Shown here one piece after another: positions 17,641 through 25,813 of a stretch of DNA of 64,000 nt. Source of the DNA: Kaistiaceae bacterium (GTDB lineage Bacteria; Pseudomonadota; Alphaproteobacteria; Rhizobiales; Kaistiaceae); NCBI GenBank assembly GCA_963667605.2, contig CAXXUZ010000003.1, positions 1,558,992 through 1,622,991 on the forward strand, written 5' to 3'. Below the pieces are notes generated by a model. It ran no database searches. It was not told the origin of the DNA and saw nothing but the letters and a program-made list of their open reading frames with translations. Both the position numbers and the translations under genes were made by a program. The number at the start of each line of letters is the position of its first letter. The stretch's first letter is position 1.

Positions 17641-18048
17641 GATGTTGTGAATATGGAACGTAACTGTTGTGCTGTCACCCGCCGCAAGCGTGGTGTCCGT
17701 CACCTGAGTATTGTCTGCAGTCAGGTCAACAGTCATCGATGTGGTCCAGGCAGCCGTGTATGGTACATATGTTTCGCCGGTCTCGCTCCAATTTCTTTCT
17801 GCTATGGGTTGAGCCCAAAGAAAGCGCCACTTTATGTGGTACTCCGCCGGCTGCTGCGTAAGTGGTCACTTGCGGAAATCCGCACGGATAGGCGCCTCCG
17901 CTACACCCGCATAAGCCGCGCCGTCACGGCCTTCACATCAGCGCCAGTCCCTGGGGCTTAAGGGCGGCGTTGTCGCCGAAGCCATGATCCATTTGATCCC
18001 CGGCATGCGCCGGCCGGACTGAACACCAAACACAATTCGGAGAATGCC

Positions 18049-19272
18049 ATGAACGCGGTCGTCGCCGTGAACGAGGTCGATTATTCGGTCGCCCTCGAGG
18101 TCGCCTCGCATGAGGCCGTGATCCGGCAGGCCTACAAGGACTCGGTCGGCATTTGGACCTGGTCGGTCGGACTGACCGGCGCCACCGGGCACGACGTCGA
18201 GCGCTACATCGACAACCCGGCCTGGCTGCAGCATTGCCTCAACATCTTCGTTTGGGCGCTGCGCAACTACGCCGCTCAGGTCAATGATGCTTTCCAGGGT
18301 CGCGATCTGACCACGGCGCAATTCGCTGCGGCCGTCTCTTTCCATTGGAACACTGGGGCGATCGGCAGGGCTGAATGGGTAAAGCTCTGGAATGCCGGCG
18401 ATCACGACGGCGCTCGGGCGGCGATCATGAATTGGGTTACGCCACCGGAGCTCAAGGGCCGGCGCGAAAAAGAGCGGGATCTATTCTTCGACGGCGTTTG
18501 GTCGAACGATGGAACGATGGCGGAATATACCCGGCTCTCTTCTCGGCACACGCCGGATTGGTCGAGCCGCCGGCGCATCGATGTTGCAGTGGAGCTCCGC
18601 GCCGCCTTCGCTACCGCGCCTGAAACTATCCCGGATCGTGAGCCGGAGCCCTATTCGACTGTCATTGTGCCGACACTTACCGCTGGCGATGAGCCAGCAG
18701 GCTATCCTCCGGGGGAATACTCACCGGAGCTCGAGCAGCTCAAGCGCGTTCTGCAGGATGAGTATCCCGAGGTCGGCCCGGCCGATGGGCTGCCCGGCTC
18801 TCGCACCTTTGGGGCGTTGAGCGCTTTCCGGTTCGACAATGGCCTGCCGCAGACGGATTCGCTCGTGATCACCGACGACGATCGGCTGGCACTGTTTGCT
18901 GATCTGCCGCGCCCGCCGTCGACCGCGCGCGTCACCGTGACGGCGAGGGATCTGGCTAAGGGCGGATCCCGGACGATCAAAACCGCTAACCAGGCGACCG
19001 TGGCGGTCAGTGCAGGCGGCTTGTTCGGGGTCCTCGGTACCATAAGCCAAACGGTGAGCAACGCCGCCCAGCCGGTCACCGAGGCCGTCAACGCCATTCA
19101 GCCGGCCATCGATGCGATCGAGCCGGCCATCAGCGGCTTTCAGCGGATCCTGGGCGCCGTCGGCGACTTTTGGTGGATCCTCGCCATCCCGATCGTCGCC
19201 TTTGCGCTCTGGCAGCTTTGGAAGAACAAGCAGGCCCGCGTCGACGATCAGCGCCGAGGCATTCACGCATGA
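18049..19272 (+). CDS. Phage endolysin: GH24 (T4-type) lysozyme domain plus PG_binding_1 domain, with a C-terminal transmembrane helix
   Basis: LEVASHEAVIRQAYKDSVGIWTWSVGLTGATGH (E..(8)D..(5)T lysozyme-like core). LKRVLQDEYPEVGPADGLPGSRTFGALSAFRFDNGLP (PG_binding_1). C-terminal helix FWWILAIPIVAFALWQLW. Confidence 0.8.
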   Translation: MNAVVAVNEVDYSVALEVASHEAVIRQAYKDSVGIWTWSVGLTGATGHDVERYIDNPAWLQHCLNIFVWALRNYAAQVNDAFQGRDLTTAQFAAAVSFHWNTGAIGRAEWVKLWNAGDHDGARAAIMNWVTPPELKGRREKERDLFFDGVWSNDGTMAEYTRLSSRHTPDWSSRRRIDVAVELRAAFATAPETIPDREPEPYSTVIVPTLTAGDEPAGYPPGEYSPELEQLKRVLQDEYPEVGPADGLPGSRTFGALSAFRFDNGLPQTDSLVITDDDRLALFADLPRPPSTARVTVTARDLAKGGSRTIKTANQATVAVSAGGLFGVLGTISQTVSNAAQPVTEAVNAIQPAIDAIEPAISGFQRILGAVGDFWWILAIPIVAFALWQLWKNKQARVDDQRRGIHA

Positions 19273-19652
19273 GCATCGCGGCGATCGGTGCCGGAGCTCT
19301 CGGCTTCCTCAAGACACCGGCCGGCAAATGGCTTGCGCTGATCGGCGGTGCCCTCTTGGCGCTGTATATCGCGCGCGAGCAAGGTATCGCCACCGGCCAT
19401 GAGGAGTGCCAGCGGGAGGCCTTGGAGGCGGCACTTTCATTTGAGCAGAGCCAGCGGGTGATCGCCGAGGACGCGGCGGTCGCAGGCGCGGAGCGCGCCG
19501 CCGAGCTCGAGGCTCACAACGGGCAATTGGAGACCATCGTCAATGAAACAAGGACCGCGCTGGCGGACGCCGATGCTGCTTGTCTTCGCACTATCGATGG
19601 GTTTGAGCGCTTGTGCCGGGTCAACCCAGACCTTTGCGCCGGCGGCGGTTAG
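19269..19652 (+). CDS. Putative i-spanin (Rz-like)
   Basis: ATGA overlap with the endolysin stop. N-terminal TM helix (WLALIGGALLALYIA) followed by a charged coiled-coil segment. Contains the start of the overlapping lipoprotein ORF. Confidence 0.55.
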   Translation: MSIAAIGAGALGFLKTPAGKWLALIGGALLALYIAREQGIATGHEECQREALEAALSFEQSQRVIAEDAAVAGAERAAELEAHNGQLETIVNETRTALADADAACLRTIDGFERLCRVNPDLCAGGG

Positions 19653-19836
19653 CCTCCCGGCGCCGCCGAGTTGTATGGCGCCGGTGACGGTGCCGCGCGT
19701 CGCTCTCGAGGAAGATCCGCGCCTTACCGAAATCAGACTCGCCCAAGCCCTCACCCTGGCCAATTTGCGGCTCGGCTGCTCGCTCGGTTGGTATCAGGAC
19801 ATTGTCGCGGCCTTCGCCGCCGCCGGCGCTGAATAG
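19543..19836 (+). CDS. Putative o-spanin (Rz1-like outer-membrane lipoprotein), overlapped architecture
   Basis: MKQGPRWRTPMLLVFALSMGLSAC has a lipobox L-S-A-C. The ORF starts inside the i-spanin gene in a different frame and extends beyond it. The mature part is Pro/Ala-rich. Confidence 0.6.
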   Translation: MKQGPRWRTPMLLVFALSMGLSACAGSTQTFAPAAVSLPAPPSCMAPVTVPRVALEEDPRLTEIRLAQALTLANLRLGCSLGWYQDIVAAFAAAGAE

Positions 19837-19848
19837 GGACAGCGCGGG

Positions 19849-20202
19849 ATGGCAAACGGCAACGGCAACGGGCTCGGAAACAAGGTCCAAAGCTGGGCGA
19901 CCAGTCCAGGTGGCGCGGCCGTTGCCCGCCTTTTTGCGATCGGTGGCGGTATCCTGATCGTGGTCCTCGGGTGGTTTGCCAATAATTGGGCCGAGGCCAT
20001 CGACCGCCGAATGATCTCACTCGAGGAGTTGGTGCGGGCGAACGGCTCGGCGATCATCGAATTGCAGGTGCAGGTCACCGAGCGAACCGCTGATCGCTAC
20101 GCCGCCCCCGAGGCATTAGCTCGAAACCAAGACGTCGATCGACGCTTCGAAGGACTCGATGGCCGGATCGATCGGATCGAGGATCGGTTGGCCGCAGACT
20201 AG
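19849..20202 (+). CDS. Small membrane-anchored coiled-coil protein (same architecture as ORF 2446..2757)
   Basis: TM helix LFAIGGGILIVVLGWFA followed by LEELVRANGSAIIELQVQV...RFEGLDGRIDRIEDRLAAD. Confidence 0.45.
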   Translation: MANGNGNGLGNKVQSWATSPGGAAVARLFAIGGGILIVVLGWFANNWAEAIDRRMISLEELVRANGSAIIELQVQVTERTADRYAAPEALARNQDVDRRFEGLDGRIDRIEDRLAAD

Positions 20203-20264
20203 CTCCGAAGCTTTTTAGAACATGGCAAGAACGGATTCCGGATTCCGGGACTATTCCGGGACGC

Positions 20265-20294
20265 CTTTGTCCATCTTTGTCCATTTTTGTCCTG
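20265..20294. repeat. Three tandem 10-bp units CTTTGTCCAT / CTTTGTCCAT / TTTTGTCCTG
   Basis: Read directly from the sequence. Preceded by three ATTCCG(G) copies at 20235, 20242 and 20253. Confidence 0.9.
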
Positions 20295-20372
20295 TTTTAC
20301 CGGTTTGTTCTCTTTTTGCCCGTCTTGACCGGTCACTCTAAAACGGCCAAAAGCCTAAGGAACGTAGCCGAT

Positions 20373-20449
20373 CGGGGCATGGCGCAGCCTGGTAGCGCAC
20401 CTGCTTTGGGAGCAGGGGGTCGCAGGTTCGAATCCTGCTGCCCCGACCA
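20373..20449 (+). tRNA. tRNA-Pro (anticodon TGG)
   Basis: Acceptor CGGGGCA/TGCCCCG, anticodon arm CCTGC-TTTGGGA-GCAGG, T-loop TTCGAAT, encoded CCA. Confidence 0.95.
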
Positions 20450-20480
20450 AAAAATGCCCTGATCAGATGGGGTACCGGTT

Positions 20481-20789
20481 TTGATGGCAGCACGCATATT
20501 TCGACCGTCCAAGACGGCCATGCAGTCCGGTCGAGGCAAGACCGGCCGTTGGGTGCTGGTCTGGGATGCCGAGGAACCGCAGTCGGTCGAGCCGCTGATG
20601 GGCTATACCTCCGCCGCCGACATGAACCAGCAGATCCGTTTGATGTTCGATTCGCTGGATGAGGCAATAGCTTACGCCGAGCGCAAGGGTATCCCCTATG
20701 AGGTCGATAGCGAGCATGAGCGGCAAAGGCGGGGCGCTTCCTACTCCGACAATTTTCGCACCAATCGCCGCTCTCCCTGGACGCATTGA
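20481..20789 (+). CDS. ETC complex I subunit conserved-region protein (NDUFS4-like)
   Basis: ARIFRPSKTAMQSGRGKTGRWVLVWD...PLMGYTSAADMNQQIRLMFDSLDEAIAYAERKGIPYEV, a typical alphaproteobacterial NDUFS4 homologue. Confidence 0.8.
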   Translation: MMAARIFRPSKTAMQSGRGKTGRWVLVWDAEEPQSVEPLMGYTSAADMNQQIRLMFDSLDEAIAYAERKGIPYEVDSEHERQRRGASYSDNFRTNRRSPWTH

Positions 20790-20825
20790 TCGCCGGCTCG
20801 GTTCGTCGGAAACTCAAATCCAAAC

Positions 20826-20902
20826 GGCCCCGTAGCTCAGCTGGATAGAGCAGCAGCCTTCTAAGCTGTTGGTCGCAGGTTCGAGTCCTGCCGGGGTCGC
20901 CA
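20826..20902 (+). tRNA. tRNA-Arg (anticodon TCT)
   Basis: Acceptor GGCCCCG/CGGGGTC (one G-U pair), anticodon arm GCAGC-CTTCTAA-GCTGT, T-arm GCAGG-TTCGAGT-CCTGC, encoded CCA. Confidence 0.95.
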
Positions 20903-21192
20903 TTTTCGGGCTCGGCCCACGAGGTGCAGCCGGCGCCTTCAGTCGATGTCGAGCGCCCCGACTGGCGCCACGACCACGCCGGGCAAGACCATCCAGCCGC
21001 ATCACGATTCACCTCACGAAATTCGGATGCCCCCTGAGGCAAATTCGCGCCATCTCGTCGCGTCGACAGGCAGCTTGATGCCGCCCTCGACCCGGTGCTG
21101 AAGCGCTGACAAAGGAATCATTTCGCGACGGGTCGTCATCCCGTCGCTGGCCTCGGCCTCGACTTCACCGCCGGAAGTGACATGATCGTCGG

Positions 21193-22116
21193 ATGGCCGA
21201 CCGGTTCGACACCGCCCGCGCGACGGACCCCCAGGCAAGCCCGCTTGCAAGGTTCCTAAAGGACGGCCTGTTCGCCAATTCGGCAATGGCATGGGCAAGG
21301 CTCCGCTCGTCGCATCGCGGCCCGGTCCCGCGCGACGAACTGCACGACCTTTCCTGGGCGTTCTGGCTGATCATGGCCGTGATCGCCGTAGTGCAAATCG
21401 GCTTGATCTTCGACGAAAGCTCGGTCGCCTGGGCGGCGGCGCTGCCCGGGTGGGTTCGAGGTCTCTTCGAAGTGATCTCCGACGGCGGGCAATCGCAATG
21501 GATCCTGGCGCCCACCGGAGTTGCGGTTCTCCTTCTTCTACTCGGCAGATGGAACGCGATCCGGCGCGGCCTGCGCGCCGCCTGGTCGGAAGTCGCATCG
21601 CTGCTTGGCTATGTCTTCTTCTCGGTTGGCGGCGCCGGAATGGTCACCAACATCTTAAAGCAAATCATCGGGCGGGGACGGCCGATCGGCTTCGATGACA
21701 ATGGCTGGCTATTCTTCGACGCCTTCAACTTCAACTACGCCCATGGCAGTTTCCCATCCGGCCACGCCACCACGGCGGGCGCCGCCATCGTCGCCGGAAT
21801 TTTGGTCTTTCCAAGATTCCGGATGCCGATCATAGCGGTCGGGATCCTGGTCGGCTTCAGCCGCATCATCGTGAGCGCCCACTATCCTTCGGACGTCATC
21901 GCCGGGCTCGCCGTCGGCGCGGCCTTTGCTTATGTCACCGCTCGTTTCCTCCTCCGCCGGCGGATCGCTTTCGCGGTCGATCGTGAGGGGCATATCCGGC
22001 TTAGGGTCGCAGCCTTGGTTGGCGCCTTTCGTCTGCACGGAACAACGATCATCGCGGCGCCATTCCGCGCGCTAATCGGCGTCACCAGCCGTCCGTCAAC
22101 CATAGCGGCGGGCTAG
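21193..22116 (+). CDS. PAP2-family phosphatase (membrane)
   Basis: The three PAP2 motifs are present: KQIIGRGRP, PSGH and SRIIVSAHYPSD. Confidence 0.8.
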   Translation: MADRFDTARATDPQASPLARFLKDGLFANSAMAWARLRSSHRGPVPRDELHDLSWAFWLIMAVIAVVQIGLIFDESSVAWAAALPGWVRGLFEVISDGGQSQWILAPTGVAVLLLLLGRWNAIRRGLRAAWSEVASLLGYVFFSVGGAGMVTNILKQIIGRGRPIGFDDNGWLFFDAFNFNYAHGSFPSGHATTAGAAIVAGILVFPRFRMPIIAVGILVGFSRIIVSAHYPSDVIAGLAVGAAFAYVTARFLLRRRIAFAVDREGHIRLRVAALVGAFRLHGTTIIAAPFRALIGVTSRPSTIAAG

Positions 22117-23285
22117 CCGCCGAACCGAGCGAGCGCCGCCTCGAGGTCGGCAATCAGATCGTCGGGGTCCTCCAATCCGACGTTGAGTCTAATCAGGGGT
22201 CCTTCGGCATCGAAAGGGCGTACGGACCGCGCAAGGCTGTGGCTGCCGATGGTCGCAAGGCTCTCAAAGCCGCCCCAGGAATAGCCGAGCCCGAACAGCT
22301 CAAATGCGTCGAGCACGGTAGCGGCTTCCTTTTCGGTTCCGCCGTTGAAGATGAACGAAAACAGCCCGCTCGAACCGGTCATGTCTCGCTGCCACAGCGC
22401 ATGCCCAGGATCGGCAGGCAGCCCGGGGTGGAGAACCCGTGCCACCTCAGATCGGCTGGCCAGCCACTCCGCGATCCTTAGTGCCGATCGCCGATGACGC
22501 TCAAGCCGGACCTCCATCGTCCGCAATCCGCGCAACGCCAGATAGGCATCGTCCGGGCCGACGCAGAGGCCGGTCGAGCCGTGAAATTGCTTCAGCCTTG
22601 GCCACATTGCGGTGTTGGCGCCGACCGTGCCCAGCATCAGATCGGCATGACCGCCGACATATTTCGTCGCCGCCAGGACCGTCAGATCGGCTCCGAGCTC
22701 AAGCGGGCGGCAATAGATCGGCGTCGCCCAAGTGTTGTCGGCGATCACGATCGCATCGCGTTGGTGAGCCGCCGCCGCGATCGCCGGAATATCCTGCATT
22801 TCCATCGTGTTCGAACCAGGACTCTCGACATAGACAGCACAGGTCTGCGGTGTAATCAGTTCGCCGATCTCGCTCCCGAGAGTCGGGTCATAGAAGGTTG
22901 TCTCGATTCCCAAGCGATCGAGCACGTCCGTCGCGAAGACACGCGTCGGACCATAGACGTTGTCCGGAATCAGTATGCGATCGCCCGACGAGACCAGCGC
23001 GAGAATCGCGGTCGAAATCGCGCTGAGGCCGGATGGACACAAGACGGTCCCAGCCGCGTCATCGAGTTCGCTGATCGCCGTCTCCAAAGCCGCCGAAGTC
23101 GGCGTGCCACGCCGGGCATAGACATAAGGAGTCTTGCCGGATTGCATCTCCGCCACCGAGTCGAAAAGGACAGTCGAGGCGTGCACCACGGGCGGGTTGA
23201 CGAACGGTGTAGCTAGGTCCCCGCCACGGCCGGCCCAAACCAGTCGCGTGCCGCGACCGACCTTCTTCGATGGTGATTTGCCCAT
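22113..23285 (-). CDS. metC: Cystathionine beta-lyase (Cys/Met-metabolism PLP enzyme)
   Basis: TRLVWAGR...VNPPVVHASTVLFDSVAEM...ATKYVGGHADLMLG (PLP-Lys region). The start is taken at MGKSPSKK (23285); the ORF extends to 23333. Confidence 0.8.
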   Translation of the reverse strand: MGKSPSKKVGRGTRLVWAGRGGDLATPFVNPPVVHASTVLFDSVAEMQSGKTPYVYARRGTPTSAALETAISELDDAAGTVLCPSGLSAISTAILALVSSGDRILIPDNVYGPTRVFATDVLDRLGIETTFYDPTLGSEIGELITPQTCAVYVESPGSNTMEMQDIPAIAAAAHQRDAIVIADNTWATPIYCRPLELGADLTVLAATKYVGGHADLMLGTVGANTAMWPRLKQFHGSTGLCVGPDDAYLALRGLRTMEVRLERHRRSALRIAEWLASRSEVARVLHPGLPADPGHALWQRDMTGSSGLFSFIFNGGTEKEAATVLDAFELFGLGYSWGGFESLATIGSHSLARSVRPFDAEGPLIRLNVGLEDPDDLIADLEAALARFGG

Positions 23286-23363
23286 GCTTGCTCCGATCGC
23301 CGGGGTGCCGGCTTGACCAATGGCGGTCTGCAATTTGCCCCGCCCATTCGCTAGCCGAGTCGC

Positions 23364-24398
23364 TCACGCTTCGACGAAGGGCGGCTCCAAGGCTCCGGCA
23401 GGCTGGTCGAGCCATGCCGGCACCGGCAGTCTCTTGGCGCGTAGAAAGGCTGGGTTGAACAGCTTCGATTGGTAGCGCGTGCCGTAGTCGCACAGCACAG
23501 TCACGATGGCACGGCCGGGCCCGAGCTCCTTTGCCAGCCTGATCGCGCCGGCGACGTTTACACCGGTCGAGGCGCCAACACAGAGCCCCTCGTGGATCAG
23601 AAGGTCGAACGCAATCGGCAATGCCTCTTCATCGGGGATTTGGAAAGCCACGTCGACCGAAGCCCCTTCGAGATTGGCGGTAATCCGGCCTTGACCGATC
23701 CCTTCCGTGATCGAAGAGCCCTCCGACTTCAATTTACCGGTGGTGTAATAGCTGTAGAGCGCTGCGCCCGTTGGGTCGGCGAGCCCGACCACGATATCGG
23801 CATTACGCTCTTTGAGCGCTTGTCCCGTACCGGCGAGCGTGCCGCCGGTTCCGACTGCACAAATGAAGCCGTCGACCCGACCGCCGGTTTGCTCCCAAAT
23901 CTCTGGCCCCGTGGTGTCGGCATGCGCCCGCCGGTTGGCGACATTGTCGAATTGGTTGGCCCAGACCGCCCCGCCTGACTCCGAACTTGCCAGTTGCTCA
24001 GCCAGCCGTCCCGACAACTTCACGTAATTGTTCGGGTTAGAATATGGGACTGCCGGCACCTCTACCAGGTTTGCGCCGAGGATCCGGAGCGCGTCCTTCT
24101 TTTCTTGGCTCTGAGTCTCCGGGATCACGATCACGGAGCGAAGCCCGAGCGCATTGCCGACCACGGCAAGGCCGATGCCGGTGTTGCCGGCGGTTCCTTC
24201 AACGACCACACCGCCGGGCTCGACCAGACCACGATCGAGCGCGTCGCGAATGATAAACAAAGCCGCCCGGTCCTTGACCGACTGGCCCGGATTCATGAAC
24301 TCGGCCTTGCCGTAAATTTCGCAGCCGGTTTCGGCGGACGCCTTGGTCAGTTTGATCAAGGGTGTACCGCCGATGGCGTCGATGACGGAGCCGGACAT
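23364..24398 (-). CDS. Cysteine synthase / cystathionine beta-synthase-like PLP enzyme (CysK family)
   Basis: IGGTPLIKL...EFMNPGQSVKDRAALFII...GTAGNTGIGLA...GTGGTLAG. The start is at MSGSVIDA (24398). Confidence 0.8.
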   Translation of the reverse strand: MSGSVIDAIGGTPLIKLTKASAETGCEIYGKAEFMNPGQSVKDRAALFIIRDALDRGLVEPGGVVVEGTAGNTGIGLAVVGNALGLRSVIVIPETQSQEKKDALRILGANLVEVPAVPYSNPNNYVKLSGRLAEQLASSESGGAVWANQFDNVANRRAHADTTGPEIWEQTGGRVDGFICAVGTGGTLAGTGQALKERNADIVVGLADPTGAALYSYYTTGKLKSEGSSITEGIGQGRITANLEGASVDVAFQIPDEEALPIAFDLLIHEGLCVGASTGVNVAGAIRLAKELGPGRAIVTVLCDYGTRYQSKLFNPAFLRAKRLPVPAWLDQPAGALEPPFVEA

Positions 24399-24538
24399 GG
24401 ATAGCCTTCCCGTCTGCGGGGCCAAGGCACGTACTACCGGCTGAGGCTTAGCGGGTGCCCCGAGAGGCATCAAGCAGCCGCTCGGCAAGCGGAGCCGATG
24501 TACACAGGCTCAGACGCCTCGGAGCTGGCCGGTCTGGC

Positions 24539-25557
24539 CTATTCGGCCGGCGCCAGCCGAGTGGGCCGATCAGGAAAATAGGCCCAGCGTGGTCGCTCGA
24601 ACAAGAACCGAAACCAGGTGTTGCGAACAGTCCAGAACAGGATCAGTGGCACCACCGACGCGACCACCCACACGATCACCGACATCAACCCGATATCGGT
24701 AACGATTCCGAGCGAAATCAGCACCTCGTGGGTTGCCGCCATCGGGATGAAGAAGGCGAGATAGAGAACAATCGAATTGGCACCACAGTAGCGCACCGGC
24801 GCCATCAGATCGCTTGTCGACAACAGCGAGGCCGCGGCAACAACAGCGGCGGCGCCGGCAAGGCCGAGCGCCAGCGAGATGCCGGGAAGCAGTGCGAGGC
24901 CGGTGAAGACGAGGGCGCCATTGCTCAGAGCCCAGCCAACGAGCAGCAGGCCGGCGAGCCAGCGTCGATCGATCGCCTGCTGCGCCAAACGGAATATCTG
25001 CGGTGCGAAGATATAGCCGGTGTAGAAATAGACGAAGCGCGAGGCGAATTCGTCGATCACCATCCAGCCGGTATTGATCGGCGCGATCTGTAGTGCGGCC
25101 GCCACCAACCAGACGCTCCACCATGGGAAGCGCCGGGTCAGCTTGGAGACGACGAAGAAGATCGGCAGCACATAGATGAACCAGAGGACGCCGAAGGGTT
25201 CGATGAAGGAAAGCAAGAACAGCTCACCGACGCCGCCCCAGCCCAACTCCGTGGCCATGCTCGGTGCCTTGAAAGCGAAATTTAGGATCAGCCAAAGAAT
25301 GTAGAAATAGACGTAATGGACGACCTTCTTATCGAGATAATGCCGCCAGTCGCGATCGATCGCGCGGGCTAGGAATAGGCCGGCAATCAGGAAGAAATCG
25401 GGCATCCGAAACGGTTTGGCGAAGGCCACGACCGGATTGAGCCAGCCTTCCTCGCCGATTGCGGCTTCGACGCCCAGCGTCGAAGCCGCATGATGATAAG
25501 AAGGATGCAGATGCCCTTGGCGTAGTCCACCCACTCGACGCGGCTGGTCGTGCTCAT
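24539..25557 (-). pseudogene. Acyltransferase-3-family membrane protein with an apparent frameshift near 25485-25495
   Basis: From the ATG at 25557, one frame gives MSTTSRVEWVDYAKGICILLIIM, then the sense is lost. The listed ORF 24539..25534 resumes in another frame with HHAASTLGVEAAIGEEGWLNPVVAFAKPFRMPDFFLIAGLFLARAIDRDW.... Total length is 1019 nt, which is not a multiple of 3. Confidence 0.65.
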
Positions 25558-25813
25558 GGCCTCATTCCACCGACTAGAATAATCCGCTAACTGAACGCGC
25601 CGGGATGATAGGACCGAACCGCTGTATTTGAGTTGGATTCTTGGCTTTAACCTTAAGGCCCAGCCCGCCTGTTATGAAGCGATCTGGGGATCGTTGCGCG
25701 ATCAATACGATAGGGTCCGGTGGTGGGTGGCTCGCCTATCGTCGCCAAGGTCTTGGGACGGCGCTTCATCGGGGGCGAGCGCGATAGTCCGAGTAATCCC
25801 CCGTTTGGCTGCG

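Larger units (their letters stand above)
14876..20372. mobile_element. Degraded island / prophage remnant between tRNA-Lys and tRNA-Pro
   Basis: Integrase C-terminal remnant, ParB-like fragment, IS630 element and a phage lysis cassette. I could not find direct repeats of the tRNA 3' end. Confidence 0.5.

Noticed and set aside
16470-17650. TA target-site duplication for the IS630 element, and an 8-bp duplication for the IS1595 element (flanks TTAAGGCC versus GTTGACGA)
   Set aside because: The flanking bases do not match under any end definition I tried. The duplications are therefore not claimed.
20338-21042. 234-aa minus ORF, and other ORFs overlapping tRNA-Pro/tRNA-Arg (also 14674..14928 over tRNA-Lys and 31834..32229 over tRNA-Cys)
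   Set aside because: They run across hand-folded tRNA genes and have junk composition.
21014-21298. 94-aa minus ORF between tRNA-Arg and the PAP2 gene (contains MTTRREMIPLSALQHRVEGG...)
   Set aside because: It has no recognisable family, overlaps the PAP2 gene start region, and is mostly Gly/Arg/Pro-rich. It is probably non-coding.
24399-24538. A SAM-type riboswitch upstream of the cysK-like/metC operon
   Set aside because: I could not recognise the SAM-II or SAM-SAH consensus by eye. A covariance-model scan (Infernal/Rfam) would be needed, so nothing is claimed.
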